NCBI GenBank assembly: GCA_007126035.1
Contig: SLCC01000010.1
Span: 9,141-73,140, forward strand
DNA from: Gemmatimonadota bacterium
Lineage (GTDB): Bacteria; Gemmatimonadota; Gemmatimonadetes; Longimicrobiales; RSA9
Reading direction: 5' to 3'
DNA: 64,000 bases
Positions 56,385 through 64,000 of this stretch are shown here, in pieces. Numbering within the stretch: the first letter of the stretch is position 1; the number at the start of each line of letters is the position of its first letter. Under the pieces are notes generated by a model that was not told the DNA's origin, did no database searches, and saw nothing but the letters and a program-made list of their open reading frames with translations. A program made the translations under genes and the position numbers.

Positions 56385-59252
56385 ATGATGTCCAGCAGAG
56401 TACGCCTGCTGCCATCCCTGCCCTGGGGGATGATCCCTCTGGTGCTGACGCTGTGCGTCCTACCTGCGCCCCTGTTCGCTCAGGCGATGGGGACGGTGGC
56501 GGGGGAGGTCGTGGGGGCGGACACGGGTGAGCCGGTTGAGAGTGCCGAAGTCGTGGTGGTCGGCACCAACGTCAGCACGTTGACGAACCAGCAGGGCCGG
56601 TTCCTGCTGCGGAACGTGCGCACCGGTGATCACCAGATCCGCGTCCATCACATCGGCTACCGGAGCACCACCGAGCCGGTAACGGTCCGGGAAGGCGAGG
56701 TATCCACGGTCCGGATCGCCGTGCGCCGCTCCGCCGTGGAGCTTGACGCCCTGGTGGTGAGCGGCCAGGCCGCCACGTCGGCGCGCCGTGAGATCGGCAG
56801 CTCGGTGGCGGGGATCGACGGCGCCCAGTTGGAGACGCGGGCCATCTCGACGGTGAGCCAGATGCTCCAGTCCCGGGCCCCCGGTGTCACCATCATGAGC
56901 AGCGGCGGCCAGGTGGGTCAGGGCTCTCGGATCTTGCTCCGTGGCGCCACCAGCGCGTCCATGAGCGTGGAGCCGGTTATCTACGTGGACGGCGTCCGCA
57001 TCACCAGCGAGCGAGGCGGCGGCGTGAGTCATGACGCCACCACCTCCGGCTTCGATGACATCAACCCCATGGACATCGAGCGGATCGAGGTGATCCGGGG
57101 TGCCGCCGCGGCCACGCTGTACGGGTCGGAGGCCTCGGGCGGTGTGATCCAGATCTTCACGCGCCAGGGCGCCGCGGGGAACCAGGTCTGGAACGCCCGT
57201 ACCGAGATGGGCCTTCTGCACAGCGCCCGTGACGACTGGGACATCGGCGTCTACAGCGACTGGTTCTACGACCGGCTCGTGCGGACCGGCCAGCAGTACA
57301 GCCAGCACGTGGGCGTGCGGGGGACCATGGACCGGTTCAGCTACAACGTGTCCGGCACGCTGCGCAGCGCCAGCGGTGTCCTCCAGAACGACAACATGGA
57401 CCACCGGAGCTTCCGGGCGAACATGCGCTTCACGCCCACGGACAACTTCACGTTGAACGTGAACACGGGCTACACCTGGCGACTGGTCCAGTTCGCCGAG
57501 AACGGGAACAACTCCCAGAACATCATCATGAACGCCATGCGTGGCGGGCCCCGGGGCCAGAACCATCCGCCCGAGGAGCTGCACACGCGTGAGGACTTCA
57601 ACAACAGCGGTCGCTTCACGGCGGGCATGAACATGTCGTGGACGCCCGTGGCCAACTGGACCCATCGGCTCCAGTTCGGCACCGACATCGTGAACTGGGA
57701 CAACCGGCGCCACTGGCCGTTCGGCGACGAGCGCTACCCCATCGGTCATATCTACAACTACCGGCGCGAGTCCCTCACGCTGAACCTGGACTACACCACG
57801 AGCTATCAGTTCGACCTGACGTCCACCGTCCAGTCCCGGACGTCCGCGGGCTTCCAGGGTTACGACCGGGCCCGGAGCTCGAACCACGCCCGCGGCTGGC
57901 GCCTGGCCGGTCCCAACGTGCGGGTGGTGAACGCCGCCACGAACCGGGGCGCGTCGGAATGGCGGGCCTGGGACAAGCAGGCAGGCGTATTCGGTGAGCA
58001 GCAGTTCGGGTTCAACAACATCCTGTTCGTCACTGCCGGCCTGCGGGCGGACGGCCACAGCGCTTTCGGCGCCGAGGCCGGCTGGGCCCAGTACCCGAAG
58101 TTGGACGCATCGTGGAACATCTCCGAGCACGCCTTCTGGCCGGAAGCCTTCGGCACGCTCCGTCTCCGTGCCGCCTACGGCACGGCTGGCCAGCAGCCAG
58201 GCGAGTTCGATGCCGCCCGGACCTGGTCGGCGGTGGCGGCCTTCGACTCCGAGCCGGCCATCACCACGCGAAACGTGGGGAACCCTGAGCTGGCGCCGGA
58301 GGTCTCCCACGAGATCGAGTTCGGCTTCGACGCATCGCTGTTAAACGACAGGGTGGGTGTGGAGTTCACCCGCTATGACCAGCGGACGAGGGACATGCTC
58401 TTCGGCGTGCGGAACCCGCCGTCGCAGGGCACCCTGGGCACTCAGCTCATGAACGTGGGCGAGATGCACAACGAGGGGATCGAGATCGGCGTGAACGCCG
58501 CCGTCGTCGAGGGCCGGCGCTTCCGCTGGGACACCAACGTGAACGCGTCCACGAACCGCAACGAGGTGGTCGACCTGGGTGGCGGCGCGCCGCTCCAGAT
58601 CCACTGGACCCAGTGGATCCGGGAGGGCTACCCGGTGGGCGGCTTCTTCGACAACCGCTGGGTGGTCAACGAGCAGGGCGAGCTCGAGTACCGCGAGGAT
58701 GACTTCATCGGACCCGCGTACCCGACCCGCACCTTCAACTTCAGTAACACCTTCGGCTTCGGCCGGAACCTGTCCGCCAGCTTCCTGATCGACTACAAGG
58801 GCGGTCACTTCCTGGAGAGCGCCACGTCCCGCTGGATGTCGGACGCCCTGGTCCAGGCCGGCGAGCCGCTCTATGACCCCAACGACCCGGCCACCAGCAT
58901 GTTCGAGCCCGGGACGCCCGTGGCCAAGTGGTGCCACAACCCCACCGACCCCATCATCACCAGGATGTGTGAGGACAGCTGGGCGGAGCTCCGGGGCAAC
59001 CACGTGCACCCCGCCGACGTCTGGCGAGTGCGCGAGGTCTCGGTAGCCTATCGGCTCCCGCGGGAGTGGGTGAACCAGTTCGGGGCCTCCTCGGCCACCT
59101 TCTCCCTGGCGGGCCGCAATCTCTGGCGCAGCCAGAAGTACATCGGCCTGGAGGCAGAGGCGGCGTACCACTCGAGGACGCACAGCATGCAGTCGTACTT
59201 CGACACGCCGATCCCCCGGGAGTTCGTCGCCCAGATCAACGTGAGCTTCTGA
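56385..59252 (+). CDS. susC: SusC/RagA-family TonB-dependent receptor
   Basis: Signal peptide, N-terminal carboxypeptidase-regulatory-like domain, DINPMDIERIEVIRGAAAATLYG and C-terminal Phe; GGAGG RBS. Confidence 0.95.
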   Translation: MMSSRVRLLPSLPWGMIPLVLTLCVLPAPLFAQAMGTVAGEVVGADTGEPVESAEVVVVGTNVSTLTNQQGRFLLRNVRTGDHQIRVHHIGYRSTTEPVTVREGEVSTVRIAVRRSAVELDALVVSGQAATSARREIGSSVAGIDGAQLETRAISTVSQMLQSRAPGVTIMSSGGQVGQGSRILLRGATSASMSVEPVIYVDGVRITSERGGGVSHDATTSGFDDINPMDIERIEVIRGAAAATLYGSEASGGVIQIFTRQGAAGNQVWNARTEMGLLHSARDDWDIGVYSDWFYDRLVRTGQQYSQHVGVRGTMDRFSYNVSGTLRSASGVLQNDNMDHRSFRANMRFTPTDNFTLNVNTGYTWRLVQFAENGNNSQNIIMNAMRGGPRGQNHPPEELHTREDFNNSGRFTAGMNMSWTPVANWTHRLQFGTDIVNWDNRRHWPFGDERYPIGHIYNYRRESLTLNLDYTTSYQFDLTSTVQSRTSAGFQGYDRARSSNHARGWRLAGPNVRVVNAATNRGASEWRAWDKQAGVFGEQQFGFNNILFVTAGLRADGHSAFGAEAGWAQYPKLDASWNISEHAFWPEAFGTLRLRAAYGTAGQQPGEFDAARTWSAVAAFDSEPAITTRNVGNPELAPEVSHEIEFGFDASLLNDRVGVEFTRYDQRTRDMLFGVRNPPSQGTLGTQLMNVGEMHNEGIEIGVNAAVVEGRRFRWDTNVNASTNRNEVVDLGGGAPLQIHWTQWIREGYPVGGFFDNRWVVNEQGELEYREDDFIGPAYPTRTFNFSNTFGFGRNLSASFLIDYKGGHFLESATSRWMSDALVQAGEPLYDPNDPATSMFEPGTPVAKWCHNPTDPIITRMCEDSWAELRGNHVHPADVWRVREVSVAYRLPREWVNQFGASSATFSLAGRNLWRSQKYIGLEAEAAYHSRTHSMQSYFDTPIPREFVAQINVSF

Positions 59253-60823
59253 TGCTACGCCCCGAGACTATGAACCAGGGTAATTCTATCATGACAGCCA
59301 TGAACCCTTGCAACGACGGAGCGCCCCGGGGCGGACGCCCCCGGGCGGGCCGGATCGCCACTGCGGCCGTGGCCGCGGTGACACTGGCGCTGGGGGCGTG
59401 TGACCTCACCGCGCCGTCCCCGGCCCAGATCGAGGACCGGGACATCCGGGACCCGGTGATCCTGGACGCGCTGCTCACCGGCGCCGAGAGCGACTACGGC
59501 CGCGGCCTCACCCAGATGGGTGGCGGCGGCGTGGTCATCGCCGGCGGCGTGCTCACCGACGAATTGGTCCACAGCGGCAGCTGGGTTGGGCTCGAGGGCC
59601 CCAGCTGGGGCCTGGCCGGCGACCACTGGGTCGAGGCCCAGAGCCGCTGGGCCGAACCCAGCCGCGCCCGGTTCACCACCGAGCACGCCGTGGAGCTGGG
59701 CCGTGACATCATCGAGAACCTGATCGGGGAGGACCCCGACGCCGATCCCCGGATCGCACGGGTCACCTTCTACGCGGGCATGGCCCACCGCACGCTGGCC
59801 GACAACTTCTGCAACGTTGTCTACGACGCCGGCCCCTTGCTCCCCTACACCGACGGCTATCTACGGGCCATCCAGCACTACGACGACGCCATCTACCGGG
59901 CGAACCGTCGGATCCAGGCGGTGCAGGCGGATCCCGAGCTGGACCCCGCCGCCATCGAGACCGCCGTCGCCGCAATGGAGAATCTGATCAGCGCCGCCCG
60001 CGGCGCCATGGCCCAGACCTACCTGATCATGGCCACCGAGGGTATGGGCGAGGAGTTCTGGGACCGGGCGCTCCAGAACGCCGCCCTGGTGCCCACGGAC
60101 TTCGTATGGACGTTCCGCATGATTTCGGGGGACCGGAACTCGAACCGGGTGCCTGCTTGGACCCGGTCCCGGACCGAGACCACCATGTGGCAGACGCCCT
60201 TCGGCGACTGGGGGCTGGACGTGGACAAGCCGCTGGAGGGCGGCGACCCCAGGGTCGCCTTCGACGCGCCCGTGGAGGCGGACGGGAGCTACGTCGTGGC
60301 CCACGACAACCGTCGCCCGGCGTGGATGCAGCGGAAGTACACGAGCGTGGGCAACAACTTCCCCCTGGTCAAGGGCACGGAGATGCGCCTGATCGAGGGC
60401 GAGGTGGCGCTGGTGCGGGGCGACTGGCAGACGGCGATCGACAAGATCAACGAGATCCGTCGGCACTACAACGACGGCGCGGGCGCCTCCTGGTGGTTCA
60501 CGGCCCTGGGGCCCGAGCCGCTCGACATGGTGAGCGCCAGCAGCCTGGAGGAGGCGTGGCACGCGCTCATGAAGGAACGGGGGATCGAGTTGTACCTGGA
60601 GGGTCGCCGCCTGTCCGACCTGCGGCGCTGGCAGACCAACCCGGGCCGGGACATGGTCCCGTTCACGGTGGTCCGGCGCGACTCGGGCGAGGCCGACCCC
60701 TGGACCGACCCGCGGATCTCCGTCTGGCTGCGGGAGCGGGGAGAGACCGAAATCCCGCCCCACGAGTTCTGTCTCCAGGTGAGCCGGGACGAGAAGGCAT
60801 CGAACCCGAACATCGGTGGCTGA
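59252..60823 (+). CDS. susD: SusD/RagB-family lipoprotein
   Basis: Lipobox LGAC; LTDELVHSG, EMRLIEGE and ERGIELYLEGRRLSDLRR. Start could be 59252, 59270 or 59291. Confidence 0.9.
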   Translation: MLRPETMNQGNSIMTAMNPCNDGAPRGGRPRAGRIATAAVAAVTLALGACDLTAPSPAQIEDRDIRDPVILDALLTGAESDYGRGLTQMGGGGVVIAGGVLTDELVHSGSWVGLEGPSWGLAGDHWVEAQSRWAEPSRARFTTEHAVELGRDIIENLIGEDPDADPRIARVTFYAGMAHRTLADNFCNVVYDAGPLLPYTDGYLRAIQHYDDAIYRANRRIQAVQADPELDPAAIETAVAAMENLISAARGAMAQTYLIMATEGMGEEFWDRALQNAALVPTDFVWTFRMISGDRNSNRVPAWTRSRTETTMWQTPFGDWGLDVDKPLEGGDPRVAFDAPVEADGSYVVAHDNRRPAWMQRKYTSVGNNFPLVKGTEMRLIEGEVALVRGDWQTAIDKINEIRRHYNDGAGASWWFTALGPEPLDMVSASSLEEAWHALMKERGIELYLEGRRLSDLRRWQTNPGRDMVPFTVVRRDSGEADPWTDPRISVWLRERGETEIPPHEFCLQVSRDEKASNPNIGG

Positions 60824-63629
60824 GGAGAGCATGAAGATTATGAACGATACGAGGAACGCCCGAAGCCGCGGCCGGTCGCTGGCGACCGTCGTGGCGATGA
60901 TGAGCGCCCTGTTGCTCCTCTTCGGCCCGGCCCAACTCTTCGCCCAGGATGAGCCGGGCGGCGTGCGGGGCCAGGTAGTGGAGGCGGCCACGGGCACGCC
61001 CCTGGCCGGGGCGCAGGTCCTGGTGGAGGGGACAACCCGCGGGACCATGACTAACCGGGACGGCCAGTTCCGGATCGGCGAGCTCCGGCCCGGTACCTAT
61101 ACCGTGCAGGTCCGATCCCTTGGCTACCGCACCGTACAGCAGGAGGTCCGGGTCCTGCCCGAGAGCTTCACGGACATGGAGTTAGCCCTCCGGGTGAGCG
61201 CCGTGCCGCTGGACGAAGTGGTGGCCACGGGCCAGCCGGGCCCGGTGGCCCGGCGGGAGATCGCCACCTCCATCGCCACTATCGACACCCGGGAACTGGA
61301 GACCGCTCCTGTCAACTCCCTCTCCGAGCTGCTCCAGGGCCGGGCGCCCGGCGTCACCGTGATGCCCAGCGGCGGCATGCCGGGGCAGGGGAGTCGGATC
61401 GTGCTCCGGGGGCTCGGCAGCCTCCAGCGCATCACCCAGCCCGTGATCTACGTGGACGGCATACGGATCGACAACTCCGCCGATACCTTCATGGACCAGT
61501 CCAGCTTCGGCGGCCACGCCTGGGTCGGGCTGGATGACATCACCCCGGAAGACATCGAGCGAATCGAGATCGTCCGCGGCGCCTCCGCCGCCAACCTCTA
61601 CGGCACGGAGGCGGCGGCTGGCGTGATGCAGATCTTCACGAAGCAGGGACAGGAAGGGATCCAGCAGTTCTACCTCCGCTCCGAGGCCGGCTTCGCCGAT
61701 ACGCCCCGTGACTGGTGGGACGTGGGCGGCCACTCCGCCCGGGTGGACGACTTCTACGACCAGTACGTGAGCACGGGCATGCAGCACCGCCAGCACGTTT
61801 CGGTGCGCGGCGCCGTGGACCGGTTCAACTACTACGCGTCGGGCTCCTACCGGAACGTGGAGGGCGTGATTCCCAACACGGGGCTCATGCACGCCGGCTT
61901 CCGGGCCAACATGAACGTCTCTCCCTTCCAGGACTTCATCTTCGGCGTGAGCACCGGGTTCTCCCGCCGGAGCATGGACCTGCCCTACGACGGGGACCAC
62001 CAGTTCGGCTTCACCCGCAGCGCCCTGGGCGCGCCGGGTGGGGTGGCCCTCCACCCGGACACGTCCCTCATGCTGGACGTGGGCCTGGCCGCCAGCCGCT
62101 ACACGGCTGGGGCACGCATGGAGTGGACGCCGGGAACCAGGTGGCGCCACGCCCTGGTCCTCGGCCTGGACTTCTTCACCAGCGACAACACGGACCTCCG
62201 CCCCTTCGGCACACCCACGGCCCCAGATAACGCGGGGGCCAAGGCGAACGCCCGGCGGATCGCCAACACCTACAACCTGGACTACCAGGGCTCCTACCGG
62301 TTCGACCTGACACCGGACATCCGGTCCCGGACCTCCTTCGGGATCCAGGGCTACCAGCGGGAGATCAACTGGAACTGGGCCTACGGTGAGGGCTGGCCGG
62401 CGCCGGGGCTGGAGACCATTAACGTCGCAGCCAACGACACGGGCAACGAGGACCGCGTCTACACCGAGCAGGTGGGCTTCTTCCTCGAGGAGCAGTTGGG
62501 CTACCGGGACTTCCTGTACGTCTCCATCGCCGGCCGCCTCGACGGCCACTCGGCGGCGGGGGCAAACGAGCGATGGCAGCTCTACCCCAAGCTGGGGGTC
62601 TCCTACCTGCCCAGCGAGCAGGGCCTGCTGCCCGACGCCTTCGGCACGGTCCGCCTCCGGGCGGCCTACGGCGAGGCTGGTCTGCACCCGGAGGAGTTCT
62701 CCGCTCTGCGGACCCTGATCCCGGTGGCCGTGGTCCCCAACATCGCCGGCGGCATCGTGCCCGGGAACCTGGGGAACCCGGACCTGGCGCCGGAGCGGAG
62801 CCGGGAGATCGAGTTGGGCGCCGATGTGGGCCTGCTCAACGACCGGGTCTCCTTCGAGGCCACGTACTACAACCAGCGAGTGAACAACGCCATCTTCCCG
62901 GTGATGGCCATCCCGTCCCATGGCTTCATCCAGCCGCAGGTGCGTAACGTGGGCGGGCTCCGGGCCCAGGGCTTCGAGCTGGGCGCCGACGCGGTGCTGG
63001 TCCGGCGGCCCGGGCTCAACTGGTCGGTCTGGACGAACCTGGCGCTCCATGAGAGCGAGGTGGACGAATTCACCGATGAGACGGCCATCCCGGAGAACAT
63101 CTTCGGCTCCCAGTGGATCCGGCCCGGCGCCCCGGTGGCGGCGTTCTTCGACGAGAACGACGAGCTGATCGGTCCTGCCTACCCCACCCGGACCCTGAGC
63201 GTAGGGACGCGGATGGGTCTGCCGGGTGGCCTCAGCGTCCGGGCCCTCCTGGACCACCAGAGTGGCCACTACGTGGAAAGCAACACCCTGCGTGAGCTGG
63301 ACATGGCGGCCCTGGCGGCTGATGATCCCACGGCGATCTTCGACACCCCCGCCTCCGCCTACATCTTTGCAGCCGACTTCTGGCGTCTGCGCGAGGTGGT
63401 GGTGGGCTACACGGTACCCGCCGGCCTCTACCGGGCGCTGCCGGTCCAGTCGGCGGAGCTGAACATCGGCGGGCGGAACCTGTGGCGGTCCCACGACTAC
63501 CCAGGGATCGAGGTGGAGGGCAGCTACAACCCCAGCCTCCAGCGGGCGAACCAAACGTACTTCGGAGCCCCGCTGCCCCGACAGATCGTGGTGGGCCTGA
63601 GTGCCCGCTTCGGCGCCGTTGACCGATGA
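60816..63629 (+). CDS. susC: SusC/RagA-family TonB-dependent receptor
   Basis: Signal peptide ending LFA-Q; DDITPEDIERIEIVRGASAANLYG and GNPDLAPE. Start may be 60831. Confidence 0.93.
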   Translation: MAEESMKIMNDTRNARSRGRSLATVVAMMSALLLLFGPAQLFAQDEPGGVRGQVVEAATGTPLAGAQVLVEGTTRGTMTNRDGQFRIGELRPGTYTVQVRSLGYRTVQQEVRVLPESFTDMELALRVSAVPLDEVVATGQPGPVARREIATSIATIDTRELETAPVNSLSELLQGRAPGVTVMPSGGMPGQGSRIVLRGLGSLQRITQPVIYVDGIRIDNSADTFMDQSSFGGHAWVGLDDITPEDIERIEIVRGASAANLYGTEAAAGVMQIFTKQGQEGIQQFYLRSEAGFADTPRDWWDVGGHSARVDDFYDQYVSTGMQHRQHVSVRGAVDRFNYYASGSYRNVEGVIPNTGLMHAGFRANMNVSPFQDFIFGVSTGFSRRSMDLPYDGDHQFGFTRSALGAPGGVALHPDTSLMLDVGLAASRYTAGARMEWTPGTRWRHALVLGLDFFTSDNTDLRPFGTPTAPDNAGAKANARRIANTYNLDYQGSYRFDLTPDIRSRTSFGIQGYQREINWNWAYGEGWPAPGLETINVAANDTGNEDRVYTEQVGFFLEEQLGYRDFLYVSIAGRLDGHSAAGANERWQLYPKLGVSYLPSEQGLLPDAFGTVRLRAAYGEAGLHPEEFSALRTLIPVAVVPNIAGGIVPGNLGNPDLAPERSREIELGADVGLLNDRVSFEATYYNQRVNNAIFPVMAIPSHGFIQPQVRNVGGLRAQGFELGADAVLVRRPGLNWSVWTNLALHESEVDEFTDETAIPENIFGSQWIRPGAPVAAFFDENDELIGPAYPTRTLSVGTRMGLPGGLSVRALLDHQSGHYVESNTLRELDMAALAADDPTAIFDTPASAYIFAADFWRLREVVVGYTVPAGLYRALPVQSAELNIGGRNLWRSHDYPGIEVEGSYNPSLQRANQTYFGAPLPRQIVVGLSARFGAVDR

Positions 63630-64000
63630 GCCAGGCCCTACACGAGAGAGCGAATAGCATGATGACGCGACAGACCAAGAACACGACGACGGTGTGGCGC
63701 CGTCCATGGCGGGGACTCGTTCCCCTGACCGTGGCCGCGCTGTTAACCACCGGCTGTGACCTGGAGGTGTTCAGCCCGTCCACCGTGGACGAGGAGACGC
63801 TGGACACTCACAACTCCATCGAGGCGCTCTGGAGCGGCGCCATGGGCCAGGTCTCGCATATGGGGCCAGGCCAGGCCGGTGTGGGCGGCTTCTTCACCTT
63901 CGGCGCCCTGCGCACCGATGAGTTGGTCCACTCCGGGCACCCCCACGGGAGCACGGCCACCTTCGAGCCACTGCCCCACCTGCGGGCATACAGCGACGGC
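63626..64000 (+). CDS. susD: SusD-family lipoprotein (3'-truncated by window edge; absent from the supplied ORF track)
   Basis: ATGA overlap with the susC stop. My translation gives ...AALLTTGCDLEVFSP... (lipobox) and RTDELVHSG, matching the SusD at 59252. Confidence 0.85.
   Translation, partial: MSQALHERANSMMTRQTKNTTTVWRRPWRGLVPLTVAALLTTGCDLEVFSPSTVDEETLDTHNSIEALWSGAMGQVSHMGPGQAGVGGFFTFGALRTDELVHSGHPHGSTATFEPLPHLRAYSDG

Noticed and set aside
61182-63707. Long antisense ORFs such as 61182-63707, 42918-45164, 48475-50382, 56460-58310, 16666-18243 and 1563-2984
   Set aside because: They are shadows of real genes on the opposite strand. High GC3 makes stops rare in that frame, and they carry no recognisable motifs.

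Overview
High-GC bacterial chromosomal segment. The SusC/SusD style and gene content suggest Gemmatimonadota, possibly from a saline habitat (inference). It encodes about 45 proteins. These include three SusC/SusD outer-membrane uptake pairs (the first susC and last susD are cut by the window edges), five exported peptidases (M8-like, M28, M3, M14, S41/tricorn), ccp-dps, a double-RCK K+ channel, AbgT, MgtE, a coupled CPA2 antiporter pair, pncB-pncA, sdaAA-sdaAB, glsA, an HD-GYP regulator with a hybrid kinase, and an arsR-arsM::arsN2 unit. I saw no rRNA, tRNA, CRISPR array, transposase or integrase. The most notable signals are: (1) nine sigma54-type -24/-12 motifs just upstream of genes, six of them in three divergent pairs; (2) an apparently exported DUF151 nuclease-PDZ protein next to a phosphodiester glycosidase; (3) an ArsM-ArsN2 fusion with two ATCAA-N6-TTGAT boxes; (4) a structured ~350-nt leader with a possible pseudoknot before a susCD-susCD operon; (5) a CPA2 pair whose second member lacks the transport residues; (6) an interspersed core-plus-heptamer repeat family; (7) a bacterial amidase resembling plant FAAH. 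All family calls come from motif recognition by eye; no database searches were run.
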